From: Nemertoderma westbladi
Lineage: Eukaryota > Animalia > Xenacoelomorpha
DNA: 64,000 nt
Assembly (NCBI GenBank): GCA_032718475.1
Contig: JAUCBJ010003966.1
Coordinates: 1 to 64,000 of the forward strand
Direction of reading: 5' to 3'
This document shows, in pieces, positions 1-13,869 of the stretch. Both the position numbers and the translations under genes were made by a program. A model generated the notes under the pieces. It worked only from the letters and a program-made list of their open reading frames with translations, was not told the origin of the DNA and ran no database searches. Every line of letters starts with the position of its first letter. Within the stretch, counting starts at the first letter, position 1.

Positions 1-83
1 GAATGGATGTTATTTAGGGTTCCCCGGCTTTAGATCCTAGAGCACCTTAGATCCTGAACGAATAGATCTTGGGTGAACATAGA

Positions 84-1177
84 TTGTAATTGTAATTGTA
101 ATTGTAACAGACACTCCAAATAACTGCACGACAAGTAAAAATGCATATACTGTAACTAACTGCACGCATAAAATATAATATAAATAACTAACACGAGGAA
201 GAAAAACAGATTTAAAAGTTTAATGCATTATTTAAATGCATTAAAAGTAAGGTAAAATTGAAATTAATTGATATCATAAGAACAAAAACAACAGAATGAG
301 GCAGGGTGGAATTAATATGTGGCTGTAGAGTAGTTACGGTAAGCACACTACTAAACAGATAAAAATAATAAAAAAAAAGTAACAAGGACGACACGGAACG
401 AGGCAGGGGGGATTTGTACGTAGTTATACAGTAGTTAGCTCAACACATCAACAGTAAGTATTAAAACAATGTTACGTACTGATTACTAATTAATACAGTG
501 ACACAGATGGCTGAAGTCTATATTGCATATTCGGCGATTAAAGGTATCTATATTAATTGCATTGACAGTCTCTACGGGTAGAGAATTCCATCCCAACTGA
601 TACAGACCCGTTTGCAAAGCGGTTTCTAGAGACAACTAATCTACTTTGTTGCACGAATAGTTTCATATTATGTCCCCGCAAACCCTCTCTGTTCACATCC
701 ATAAAAAAATCGTTAAAACATATAGTAGGTCAATGTTGTTGTGACATATATTATACACCATTCTGATGTCGAAAATAATTCGCCTAATTTCTAACATTTG
801 TAAGTTGAGGTGTGATAGTCTGTTAGAGTAACTACTATCGGTGAGAATTAATTTGCATCTGGAGACTAAGCGTCTGGTGAAATAGCGTTGAACACGCTCA
901 ACCAAAGTAATGTTGAACAATTGGTGCGGCGACCAAACCACCGTGCAGTACTCTAACAGAGGGCGGACATATGCCTTATATGCAGTAATTAACACCTTAA
1001 CATTTGAGGTGAGAAAAAATCTAAATATTATGTTGCACACTTTTGTAAGCCTTTGTTGACACTTGCTGGCTGCAATATTTGCTGAAATGAAGATTTTTAG
1101 TCTTAATAATCCCAAGATCTTTACAGGATTCCTTGAGTTTTAGAATAGAACCATTTAGAGTGTATACTGACACGATA
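84..1177 (-). mobile_element. 5'-truncated CR1-clade LINE (RT C-terminus, 3' UTR, microsatellite tail), frameshifted
   Basis: Motifs YTLNGSIL..KDLG, YVRPLLEY..VWSPH, ERVQR..TR, SY.NRL..L.L..LE.RR, RGH..KL, WNSLP; (CAATTA)n tail at ~84-106. Confidence 0.85.
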
Positions 1178-1179
1178 AT

Positions 1180-2085
1180 CCTTCGCATACATACTTAGAT
1201 CCTTCCCATACGAACTTAGATCCTTCTCATACGAACTTAGATCCTTCCCATACGAACTTAGATCCTTCCCAAAGGAACTTAGATCCTTCCCATACGAACT
1301 TAGATCCTTCACATAAGAACTTAGATCCTTCCCATACGAACTTAGATCCTTCCCATACGAACTTAGATCCTTCACATAAGAACTTAGATCCTTCCCATAC
1401 GAACTTAGATCCTTCCCATACGAACTTAGATCCTTCCCATACGAACTTAGATCCTTCTCATACGAACTTAGATCCTTCCCATACGAACTTAGATCCTTCC
1501 CATAAGAACTTAGATACTTCCCATACGAACTTAGATCCTTCCCATACGAACTTAGATCCTTCCCATACGAACTTAGATCCTTCCCATACGAACTTAGATC
1601 CTTCCCAAAGGAACTTAGATCCTTCCCATACGAACTTAGATCCTTCCCATACGAACTTAGATCCTTCACATAAGAACTTAGATCCTTCCCATACGAACTT
1701 AGATCCTTCCCATACGAACTTAGATCCTTCCCATACGAACTTAGATCCTTCCCATACGAACTTAGATCCTTCCCATACGAACTTAGATCCTTCCCATACG
1801 AACTTAGATCCTTCACATAAGAACTTAGATCCTTCCCATACGAACTTAGATCCTTCCCATACGAACTTAGATCCTTCCCATACGAACTTAGATCCTTCAC
1901 ATAAGAACTTAGATCCTTCCCATACGAACTTAGATCCTTCCCAAAGGAACTTAGATCCTTCCCATACGAACTTAGATCCTTCCCATACGAACTTAGATCC
2001 TTCCCATACGAACTTAGATCCTTCCCATACAAACTTAGATCCTTCCCATATGAACTTAGATCCTCAACATGCGAACTTAGATCCC
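1180..2085. repeat. 21-bp tandem array (gaacttagatccttcccatac), ~43 copies
   Basis: Direct reading; source of the spurious SSYGKDL ORF. Confidence 0.97.
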
Positions 2086-2106
2086 ACCTTGCATATATTG
2101 CTGTAC

Positions 2107-2408
2107 TATGGTGGCACTGAAGGACCAACAACGAATTTTTATTTTTGTTAAAACAAGTCGTGCGCACGACTTGTTAGATCAGAAACTACTCGTGCGCTCG
2201 ACTTGTTACATCAGAAACAACTCGTGCGCACGACTTGTTACATCAGAAACAACTCGTGCGCACTACTTGTTACATCAGAAACAACTCGTGCGCACTACTT
2301 GTTACATCAGAAACAACTCGTGCGCACGGCTTTTTTGCTAAAACAAGTCGTGCGCGCGAGTTGTTTCAGAAATAAAAAATTCGTTGTTGGCCCTTCAGTG
2401 CTACCATA
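2107..2408. mobile_element. MITE with ~38-bp TIRs (TATGG...CCATA) and internal 33-bp repeats
   Basis: tatggtggcactgaaggaccaacaacgaattttt matches the reverse complement of the right end, tatggtagcactgaagggccaacaacgaattttt; no clean TSD. Confidence 0.8.
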
Positions 2409-2585
2409 CCGTAGCTGTGTTATTGTGAAATGTCATTCCCATAGGCCAGCGGACCTTACTGCAAATATTATAACGCTTGAAGGGAAGCGAACTTAGATCC
2501 TACCACCAATACATTCCAACGAATTAGCTATTAATTTGCAAATTATAGTTTGTTGGTGAGACACTGATCGGAACTACTTTGATAG

Positions 2586-3882
2586 GGTAATGGTGAAAAA
2601 TATCGAGACTTGAAAAATATCGAGAGTAAAAATAACGAGTGTTGGAAATTAACGTGATTAAAAAATATCGAGAGTAAAAATAACGCGAGATGAAAAATAT
2701 CGAAAATAACGAGTGTTTAAAAATATCGAATGTTGAAAAATATCGAGAGTACAAATATCGAGTGTTGAAAAATATCGAGAGTAAAAATATCGAGTGTTGA
2801 AAAATATCGAGAGTAAAAATATAGAGTGTTGAAAAATATCGAGAGTAAAAATATCAAGTGTTGAAAAATATCGAGTGTAAAAATATCGAGTGTTGAAAAA
2901 TATCGAGAGTAAAAATAACGAGTGTTGAAAAATATCGAGTGTTGAAAAATATCGAGAGTAAAAATATCGAGAGTAAAAATATCGAGAGTAAAAATATCGA
3001 GAGTAAAAATATCGAGTGTTGAAAAATATCGAGAATAAAAATATTGCATTTTGCGTGAGCATTTTATTTAGAATTATGGGACAATATTGCAGTGCATGGG
3101 TTACAACAGTGCAAGTGCAAGTAAATGGCATTAATACACCTTGGGTATCCCATTTACCAGATTTATTATACTAGCTAGTTTTTGCTATTTTTTAAATAAA
3201 TATTATAGAAGAAGTGCTAGCTATCAATTTTGATAAATATTTTTGTTCTAGAACACATTTTTTAGTTCTAGATCACATTTTTAATTTTTTAAAATAGCTA
3301 GTATTTTCTACTTCTTTTTATAAATGTTATAGAACACGTGTAAGCTACCAATGTTGATAAATATTTTTGTTCTAGAACACATTTTTTTGTTCTAGAACAT
3401 TTTTAGGAAAAAAATTATCATACATACCCTTATTAAAAATATTGTTACTATCGATATTTTTACTCTCGATATTTTTCAACACTCGATATTTTTACTCTCG
3501 ATATTTTTCAACACTCGATATTTTTACTCTCGATATTTTTCAACACTCGATATTTTTCAACACTCGATATTTTTCAACACTCGATATTTTTCAACACTCG
3601 ATATTTTTACTCTCGATATTTTTCAACACTCGATATTTTTACTCTCGATATTTTTCAACACTCGATATTTTTAATCTCGATATTTTTCAACACTCGATAT
3701 TTTTACTCTCGATATTTTTCAACACTCGATATTTTTACACTCGATATTTTTACTCTCGATATTTTTACTCTCGATATTTTTTGAACTCTCGATATTATCG
3801 TTGGTTTTCAACACTCGATATTTTTACTCGCGTTATTTTTACTCTCGATATTTTTCATGTCTCGATATTTTTCAATATAACC
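2586..3882. mobile_element. Non-autonomous foldback DNA transposon (MULE/Foldback-like) with ~450-bp arms of 15/17-bp repeats
   Basis: Arms of aaaaatatcgagagt / gttgaaaaatatcgagt at 2586-3045 and inverted at 3450-3882; flanking direct repeat tttgatag at 2578-2585 and 3883-3890 (9 bp if the preceding c is counted). Confidence 0.88.
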
Positions 3883-4119
3883 TTTGATAGTGTGTATGAC
3901 TTTTTGAATTAGATCATTATAAGTAGTTTTATATGCTTAATGTAACACAGTACAGTACAATATACTATAGTATCGATAGAACGCGGCCAAAGCACAGTAC
4001 ATGTGCGATCTAAGTTCGTTTCTCCTCAAGCGTGAGCTAAAGAATTTATATAAATTGGGATCTAAGTTCGCTTCGCTACTACCATCATGATTACCAAAGG
4101 CTTTTAATAGCATAAAGTG

Positions 4120-4330
4120 GGATCTAAGTTCACCTAGTTAGGATCTAAGTTCACCTAGTTAGGATCTAAGTTCACCTAGTTAGGATCTAAGTTCACCTAG
4201 TTAGGATCTAAGTTCACCTAGTTAGGATCTAAGTTCACCTAGTTAGGATCTAAGTTCACCTAGTTAGGATCTAAGTTCACCTAGTTAGGATCTCAGTTCA
4301 CCTAGTTAGGATCTAAGTTCACCCAGATGG
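4120..4330. repeat. 21-bp tandem array (ggatctaagttcacctagtta), ~10 copies
   Basis: Direct reading; shares an inverted 12-bp core with the 1180-2085 array. Confidence 0.95.
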
Positions 4331-4536
4331 GATCTATGTTTGCAAATATTATACGACCTAAGTTTGCAAAGATCTAAGTTCATCAAAGTCAGGCCCTACA
4401 GGATCTAAGTCTAATTTAGGATTAATTAAGGATCTAATTGGCGACTCGTACCGGTACATTCAGACATTGGGCCTACCCTACCCCTACACCCTACTTACAG
4501 AATTATTCATTATTAATTCATAATCAAATTTACAAA

Positions 4537-4776
4537 ATGATACGCCGAAATCCGACTAGAATTGAACTTAAATTAGATGACTTGGACGAATATCTGAAGA
4601 AAAATGATAAACCAGGAACCAATGGTAAAGACCTGAGTTTATTGGATCAGTCGAAATCTGGGAGCACATCAAAGGATGACGAAATCAGGCGTCGGATTGG
4701 TTGCAGTACGAGTAACCACGGTAATCATTCAAATGAGACGACGATAAGAATAACCAGAAGTTTAGCCAGATGTTAG
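4537..4776 (+). CDS. CDC26: Anaphase-promoting complex subunit CDC26 (APC12), 79 aa, intronless CDS
   Basis: From ATG 4537: MIRRNPTRIELKLDDLDEY matches the CDC26 N-terminal signature (human MLRRKPTRLELKLDDIEEF); IRRRIG matches INDRIG; typical length. Confidence 0.9.
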   Translation: MIRRNPTRIELKLDDLDEYLKKNDKPGTNGKDLSLLDQSKSGSTSKDDEIRRRIGCSTSNHGNHSNETTIRITRSLARC

Positions 4777-5588
4777 ACGAAACTTCATGGACCGATCCGC
4801 TACCTATCACTGGACTACCACTACCGGTACTGGACCATCCACTGTCCGGTTTTTATTTTACAAATGAGAACCACCTCGCCGCCGCGTACCGGTATCTGCA
4901 TATCAGCATATCCATCCAATATGCTGCAATAATTGCAATCCGCGAATCTGTGATTGATGATCCGCATTGTGTGTTGGGATAAACAAGTCACAATGTCATA
5001 TAAGAACCGAAACCAGTGTGCCGGTACTATTTCTTTTGATTATTACTTACATTGCAGGATAAGTTAGTGTGCTGTAGTTTCCTACAGCACAGCTATACAA
5101 CATTTTTGGTTCCTTCCACCAGATTATGTAACTGGAACAGTGTACCATGATCCTTTACTCTGTTAATATTGTAATAGACTAGTAGACTGCAGGACTGCCT
5201 ACAGTCAGACAGTATGGGGCTTTACTACTGTACTAATTTACGAATATTGGTACTATTTTACTGTTGACGACACCAGTGCTGACTTTAATGATTGTTTGGT
5301 TCGTGTCGTTCAAACTCAGTTGTTCCGTATTCTGGTGTTTGGCACGTCACAGTTACTTTTTTGAGCGAATATATGGATGATTATATATATTATATATGAT
5401 ATTACTAACAGATCATGTCATATTACATTTCATCTTATTCCTGAATAACAAACAGATCAGCAGATCGAGTCAGTTAAAATGAGTGTCTTCGTCCTATCAT
5501 CAGGGGGAATGGACCCTGTGCTATTGGTCCGTTTATTGTATTGTTTTATTGTAAAATTATATTATTGTTAGAATAAAATACAACTATA

Positions 5589-8500
5589 CTGTAGTAGTAG
5601 AGTTTGAGTTGATGGGAATCTGAAGCTTATTAAGGCAACAATGAACAGCACAAATATATGTAATAGTAGAGTTTGAGTTGATGGGAATCTGAAGCTTATT
5701 AAGGCAACAGTGAACAGCACAAATATCTGTAATAGTAGAGTTTGAGTTGATGGGAATCTGATGCTTATTAATGCAACAGTGAACAGCACAAATATCTGTA
5801 ATAGTAGAGTTTGAGTTGATGGGAATCTGAAGCTTATTAATGCAACAGTGAACAGCACAAATATCTGTAATAGTAGAGTTTGAGTTGATGGGAATCTGAA
5901 GCTTATTAAGGCAACAATGAACAGCGCAAATATCTGTAATAGCAGAGTTTGAGTTGATGGGAATCTGAAGCTTATTAAGGCAACAATAAACAGCACAAAT
6001 ATCCGTAATAGTAGAGTTTGAGTTGATGTGAATCTGAAGCTTATTAAGGCAACAGTGAACAGCACAAATATCTGTAATAGTAGAGTTTGAGTTGATGGGA
6101 ATCTGAAGCTTATTAAGGCAACAATAAACAACACAAATATCCGTAATAGTAGAGTTTGAGTTGATGTGAATCTGAAGCTTATTAAGGCAACAGTGAACAG
6201 CACAAATATCTGTAATAGTAGAGTTTGAGTTGTTGGGAATCTGAAGCTTATTAATGCAACAATGAACAGCACAAATATCTGTAATAGTAGCGTTTGAGTT
6301 GATGGGAATCTGAAGTTTATTAAGTCAACAATGAACAGCACAAATATCTGTAATAGTAGAGTTTGAGTTGTTGGGAATCTGAAGCTTATTAATGCAACAA
6401 TGAACAGCACAAATATCTGTAATAGTAGAGTTTGAGTTGATGGGAATCTGAAGCTTATTAATGCAACAGTGAACAGCACAAATATCTGTAATAGTAGAGT
6501 TTGAGTTGTTGGGAATCTGAAGCTTATTAATGCAACAATGAACAGTACAAATATATGTAATAGTAGAGTTTGAGTTGATGGAAATCTGAAGCTTATTAGG
6601 CAACAGTAAACAGCACAAATATCTGTAATAGTAGAGTTTGAGTTGTTGGGAATCTGAAGCTTATTAATACAACAGTGAACAGCACAAATATCTGTAATAG
6701 TAGAGTTTGAGTTGTTGGGAATCTGAAGCTTATTAAGGCAACAGTGAACAGCACAAATATCTGTAATAGTAGAGTTTGAGTTGTTGGGAATCTGAAGCTT
6801 ATTAAGGCAACAGTGAACAGCACAAATATCTGTAATAGTAGAGTTTGAGTTGTTGGGAATCTGAAGCTTATTAATACAACAGTGAACAGCACAAATATCT
6901 GTAATAGTAGAGTTTGAGTTGTTGGGAATCTGAAGCTTATTAAGGCAACAGTGAACAGCACAAATATCTGTAATAGTAGAGTTTGAGTTGTTGGGAATCT
7001 GAAGCTTATTAAGGCAACAGTGAACAGCACAAATATCTGTAATAGTAGAGTTTGAGTTGATGTGAATCTGAAGCTTATTAAGGCAACAGTGAACAGCACA
7101 AATATATGTAATAGTAGAGTTTGAGTTGTTGGGCATCTGAAGCTTATTAATGCAACAGTGAACAGCACAATTATCTGTAATAGTAGAGTTTGAGTTGTTG
7201 GGAATCTGAAGCTTATTAATGCAACAGTGAACAGCACAACTATCTGTAATAGTAGAGTTTGAGTTGTTGGGAATCTGAAGCTTATTAATGCAACAGTGAA
7301 CAGCACAATTATCTGTAATAGTAGAGTTTGACTTGTTGGGAATCTGAAGCTTATGAAAGCAACAGTAAACAGCACAAATATCTGTAATAGTAGAGTTTGA
7401 GTTGATGGGAATCTGAAGCTTATTAAGGCAACAGTAAACAGCACAAATATCTGTAATAGTATTGTTTGAGTTGATGGGAATCTGAAGCTTATTAATGCAA
7501 CAGTGAACAGCACAAATATCTGTAATAGTAGAGTTTGAGTTGTTGGGAATCTGAAGCTTATTAAGGCAACAGTAAACAGCACAAATATCTGTAATAGTAT
7601 TGTTTGAGTTGATGGGAATCTGAAGCTTATTAATGCAACAGTGAACAGCACAAATATCTGTAATAGTAGAGTTTGAGTTGATGGGAATCTGAAGCTTATT
7701 AAGGCAACAGTAAACAGCACAAATATCTGTAATAGTATTGTTTGAGTTGATGGGAATCTGAAGCTTATTAATGCAACAGTGAACAGCACAAATATCTGTA
7801 ATAGTAGAGTTTGAGTTGTTGGGAATCTGAAGCTTATTAAGGCAACAGTGAACAGCACAAATATCTGTAATAGTAGAGTTTGAGTTGTTGGGAATCTGAA
7901 GCTTATTAAGGCAACAGTGAACAGCACAAATATCTGTAATAGTAGAGTTTGAGTTGATGGGAATCTGAAGCTTATTAAGGCAACAGTGAACAGCACAAAT
8001 ATCTGTAATAGTAGAGTTTGAGTTGTTGGGAATCTGAAGCTTATTAAGGCAACAGTGAACAGCACAAATATCTGTAATAGTAGAGTTTGAGTTGATGGGA
8101 ATCTGAAGCTTATTAAGGCAAAAGTGAACAGCACAAATATCTGTAATAGTAGAGTTTGAGTTGATGGGAATCTGAAGCTTATTAAGGCAACAGTGAACAG
8201 CACTAATATCTGTAATAGTAGAGTTTGAGTTGATGGGAATCTGAAGCTTATTAAGGCAACAAGTGAACAGCACAAATATCTGTAATAGTAGAGTTTGAGT
8301 TGATGGGAATCTGAAGCTTATTAAGGCAACAGTGAACAGCACAAATATCTGTAATAGTAGAGTTTGAGTTGTTGGGAATCTGAAGCTTATTAATGCAACA
8401 GTGAACAGCACAATTATCTGTAATAGTAGAGTTTGCGGTGATGGGAATCTGAAGCTTATTAAGGCAACAGTGAACAGCACAAATATATGTAATAGTAGAG

Positions 8501-11500
8501 TTTGAGTTGTTGGGAATCTGAAGCTTATTAATGCAACAGTGAACAGCACAATTATCTGTAATAGTAGAGTTTGAGGTGATGGGAATCTGAAGCTTATTAA
8601 TGCAACAGTGAACAGCACAAATCTCTGTAATAGTAGAGTTTGAGTTGATGGGAATCTGAAGCTTATTAAGGCAACAGTGAACAGCACAAATATCTGTAAT
8701 AGTAGAGTTTGAGTTGATGGGAATCTGAAGCTTATTAAGGCAACAATGAACAGCACAAATATCTGTAATAGTAGAGTTTGAGTTGATGGGAATCTGAAGC
8801 TTATTAATGCAACAATGAACAGCACAAATATCTGTAATAGTAGAGTTTGAGTTGATGGGAATCTGAAGCTTTTTTAGACAACAGTGAACAGCACAAATAT
8901 CTGTAATAGTAGAGTTTGAGTTGATGGGAATCTGAAGCTTATTAATGCAACAGTGAACAGCACAAATATCTGTAATAGTAGAGTTTGAGTTGATGGGAAT
9001 CTGAAGCTTATTAATGCAACAGTGAACAGCACAAATATCTGTAATAGTAGAGTTTGAGTTGATGGGAATCTGAAGCTTATTAAGGCAACAGTAAACAGCA
9101 CAAATATCTGTAATAGTAGTGTTTGAGTTGATGGGAATCTGAAGCTTATTAATGCAACAATGAACAGCACAAATATCTGTAATAGTAGAGTTTGAGTTGT
9201 TGGGAATCTGAAGCTTATTAAGGCAACAGTGAACAGCACAAATATCTGTAATAGTAGAGTTTGAGTTGTTGGGAATCTGAAGCTTATTAAGGCAACAGTG
9301 AACAGCACAAATATCTGTAATAGTAGAGTTTGAGTTGATGGGAATCTGATGCTTATTAATGCAACAGTGAACAGCACAAATATCTGTAATAGTAGAGTTT
9401 GAGTTGATGGGAATCTGAAGCTTATTAATGCAACAGTGAACAGCACAAATATCTGTAATAGTAGAGTTTGAGTTGATGGGAATCTGAAGCTTATTAAGGC
9501 AACAATGAACAGCGCAAATATCTGTAATAGCAGAGTTTGAGTTGATGGGAATCTGAAGCTTATTAAGGCAACAATAAACAGCACAAATATCCGTAATAGT
9601 AGAGTTTGAGTTGATGTGAATCTGAAGCTTATTAAGGCAACAGTGAACAGCACAAATATCTGTAATAGTAGAGTTTGAGTTGATGGGAATCTGAAGCTTA
9701 TTAAGGCAACAATAAACAACACAAATATCCGTAATAGTAGAGTTTGAGTTGATGTGAATCTGAAGCTTATTAAGGCAACAGTGAACAGCACAAATATCTG
9801 TAATAGTAGAGTTTGAGTTGTTGGGAATCTGAAGCTTATTAATGCAACAATGAACAGCACAAATATCTGTAATAGTAGCGTTTGAGTTGATGGGAATCTG
9901 AAGTTTATTAAGTCAACAATGAACAGCACAAATATCTGTAATAGTAGAGTTTGAGTTGTTGGGAATCTGAAGCTTATTAATGCAACAATGAACAGCACAA
10001 ATATCTGTAATAGTAGAGTTTGAGTTGATGGGAATCTGAAGCTTATTAATGCAACAGTGAACAGCACAAATATCTGTAATAGTAGAGTTTGAGTTGTTGG
10101 GAATCTGAAGCTTATTAATGCAACAATGAACAGCACAAATATATGTAATAGTAGAGTTTGAGTTGATGGAAATCTGAAGCTTATTAGGCAACAGTAAACA
10201 GCACAAATATCTGTAATAGTAGAGTTTGAGTTGTTGGGAATCTGAAGCTTATTAATACAACAGTGAACAGCACAAATATCTGTAATAGTAGAGTTTGAGT
10301 TGTTGGGAATCTGAAGCTTATTAAGGCAACAGTGAACAGCACAAATATCTGTAATAGTAGAGTTTGAGTTGTTGGGAATCTGAAGCTTATTAAGGCAACA
10401 GTGAACAGCACAAATATCTGTAATAGTAGAGTTTGAGTTGTTGGGAATCTGAAGCTTATTAATGCAACAGTGAACAGCACAAATATCTGTAATAGTAGAG
10501 TTTGAGTTGTTGGGAATCTGAAGCTTATTAAGGCAACAGTGAACAGCACAAATATCTGTAATAGTAGAGTTTGAGTTGTTGGGAATCTGAAGCTTATTAA
10601 GGCAACAGTGAACAGCACAAATATCTGTAATAGTAGAGTTTGAGTTGATGTGAATCTGAAGCTTATTAAGGCAACAGTGAACAGCACAAATATATGTAAT
10701 AGTAGAGTTTGAGTTGTTGGGCATCTGAAGCTTATTAATGCAACAGTGAACAGCACAATTATCTGTAATAGTAGAGTTTGAGTTGTTGGGAATCTGAAGC
10801 TTATTAATGCAACAGTGAACAGCACAACTATCTGTAATAGTAGAGTTTGAGTTGTTGGGAATCTGAAGCTTATTAATGCAACAGTGAACAGCACAATTAT
10901 CTGTAATAGTAGAGTTTGACTTGTTGGGAATCTGAAGCTTATGAAAGCAACAGTAAACAGCACAAATATCTGTAATAGTAGAGTTTGAGTTGATGGGAAT
11001 CTGAAGCTTATTAAGGCAACAGTGAACAGCACAAATATCTGTAATAGTAGAGTTTGAGTTGATGGGAATCTGAAGCTTATTAAGGCAACAGTAAACAGCA
11101 CAAATATCTGTAATAGTATTGTTTGAGTTGATGGGAATCTGAAGCTTATTAATGCAACAGTGAACAGCACAAATATCTGTAATAGTAGAGTTTGAGTTGT
11201 TGGGAATCTGAAGCTTATTAAGGCAACAGTGAACAGCACAAATATCTGTAATAGTATAGTTTGAGTTGTTGGGAATCTGAAGCTTATTAAGGCAACAGTG
11301 AACAGCACAAATATCTGTAATAGTAGAGTTTGAGTTGATGGGAATCTGAAGCTTATTAAGGCAACAGTGAACAGCACAAATATCTGTAATAGTAGAGTTT
11401 GAGTTGTTGGGAATCTGAAGCTTATTAAGGCAACAGTGAACAGCACAAATATCTGTAATAGTAGAGTTTGAGTTGATGGGAATCTGAAGCTTATTAAGGC

Positions 11501-13791
11501 AAAAGTGAACAGCACAAATATCTGTAATAGTAGAGTTTGAGTTGATGGGAATCTGAAGCTTATTAAGGCAACAGTGAACAGCACTAATATCTGTAATAGT
11601 AGAGTTTGAGTTGATGGGAATCTGAAGCTTATTAAGGCAAAAGTGAACAGCACAAATATCTGTAATAGTAGAGTTTGAGTTGATGGGAATCTGAAGCTTA
11701 TTAAGGCAACAGTGAACAGCACAAATATCTGTAATAGTAGAGTTTGAGTTGTTGGGAATCTGAAGCTTATTAATGCAACAGTGAACAGCACAATTATCTG
11801 TAATAGTAGAGTTTGCGGTGATGGGAATCTGAAGCTTATTAAGGCAACAGTGAACAGCACAAATATATGTAATAGTAGAGTTTGAGTTGTTGGGAATCTG
11901 AAGCTTATTAATGCAACAGTGAACAGCACAATTATCTGTAATAGTAGAGTTTGAGGTGATGGGAATCTGAAGCTTATTAATGCAACAGTGAACAGCACAA
12001 ATCTCTGTAATAGTAGAGTTTGAGTTGATGGGAATCTGAAGCTTATTAAGGCAACAGTGAACATCACAAATATCTGTAATAGTAGAGTTTGAGTTGATGG
12101 GAATCTGAAGCTTATTAAGGCAACAGTAAACAGCACAAATATCTGTAATAGTAGAGTTTGAGTTGATGGGAATCTGAAGCTTATTAATGCAACAGTGAAC
12201 AGCACAAATATCTGTAATAGTATAGTTTAAGTTGATGGGAATCTGAAGCTTTTTTAGACAACAGTGAACAGCACAAATATCTGTAATAGTAGAGTTTGAG
12301 TTGATGGGAATCTGAAGCTTATTAATGCAACAGTGAACAGCACAAATATCTGTAATAGTAGAGTTTGAGTTGATGGGAATCTGAAGCTTATTAATGCAAC
12401 AGTGAACAGCACAAATATCTGTAATAGTAGAGTTTGAGTTGATGGGAATCTGAAGCTTATTAATGCAACAGTGAACAGCACAAATATCTGTAATAGTAGA
12501 GTTTGAGTTGATGGGAATCTGAAGCTTATTAATGCAACAGTGAACAGCACAAATATCTGTAATAGTAGAGTTTGAGTTGTTGGGAATCTGAAGCTTAATA
12601 AGGCAACAATAAACAGTGAACAGCACAAATATCTGTAATATTAGAGTTTGAGTTGTTGAGAATTTAAAGCTTATTAATGCAACAGTGAACAGCACAAATA
12701 TCTATAATAGTAGAGTTTGAGTTGATGGGAATCTGATGCTTATTAATGCAACAGTGAACAGCACAAATATCTGTAATAGTAGAGTTTGAGGTGATGGGAA
12801 TCTGAAGCTTATTAATGCAACAGCGAACAGCACAAATATCTGTAATAGTAGAGTTTGAGTTGATGGGAATCTGAAGCTTATTAAGGCAACAGTGAACAGC
12901 ACAAAAATCTGTAATAGTAGAGTTTGAGTTGTTGGGAATCTGAAGCTTATTACTGCAACAGTGAACAGCACAAATATCTGTAATAGTAGAGTTTGAGTTG
13001 ATGGGAATCTGAAGTTTATTAAGGCAACAGTGAACAGCAGAAATATCTGTAATAGTAGAGTTTGAGTTGATGGGAATCTGAAGCTTATTAAGGCAAAAGT
13101 GAACAGCACAAATATCTGTAATAGTAGAGTTTGAGTTGTTGGGAATCTGAAGCTTATTACTGCAACAGTGAAAAGCTCAAATATCTGTAATAGTAGAGTT
13201 TGAGTTGATGGGAATCTGAAGCTTATTAAGGCAACAGTGAACAGCACAAATATCTGTAATAGTAGAGTTTGAGTTGATGGGAATCTGAAGCTTATTAAGG
13301 CAACAGTGTACAGCACAAATATCTGTAATAGTAGAGTTTGAGTTGATGGGAATCTGATGCTTATTAAGGCAACAGTGTACAGCACAAATATCTGTAATAG
13401 TAGCGTTTGAGTTGATGGGAATCTGAAGCTTATTAAGGCAACAATGAACAGCACAAATATCTGTAATAGTAGAGTTTGAGTTGTTGGGAATCTGAAGCTT
13501 ATTAATGCAACAGTGAACAGCACAAATATCTGTAATAGTAGAGTTTGAGTTGATGGGAATCTGAAGCTTATTAAGGCAACAGTGAATAGCACAAATATCT
13601 GTAATAGTAGAGTTTGAGTTGATGGGAATCTGAAACTTATTAAGGCAACAGTGAACAGCACAAATATCTGTAATAGTAGAGTTTGAGTTGATGGGAATCT
13701 GAAGCTTATTAAGGCAACAATGAACAGCACAAATATCTGTAATAGTAGAGTTTGAGTTGATGGGAATCTGAAGCTTATTAAGGCAACAGTG
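5589..13791. repeat. 69-bp satellite, ~119 copies, with a ~3.6-kb higher-order duplication
   Basis: Unit gtaatagtagagtttgagttgatgggaatctgaagcttattaaggcaacagtgaacagcacaaatatct; variant pattern recurs at offset 3588. Confidence 0.97.
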
Positions 13792-13869
13792 TACATATAT
13801 ATAAAATAAATCAAGTAAATATATAGTAAATATAAATATCAGTAAATATAAAATCAAATAAAATAAAAT

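Larger units (their letters stand above)
30..4437. mobile_element. Putative large foldback element with repeat-built inverted arms (core GAACTTAGATCC / GGATCTAAGTTC) carrying nested insertions; ends approximate
   Basis: Core on + at 30-70, 1180-2085 and 2488-2500, and inverted at 4005-4437; 2472-2500 and 4005-4033 form an extended inverted match. No TSD identified. Confidence 0.55.

Noticed and set aside
1121-2167. 348-aa SSYGKDL repeat protein
   Set aside because: Translation of the 21-bp array, running from a MITE into a LINE fragment.
4438-4536. N-terminal extension of the CDC26 ORF
   Set aside because: Starts at TTG; the family signature begins at ATG 4537.
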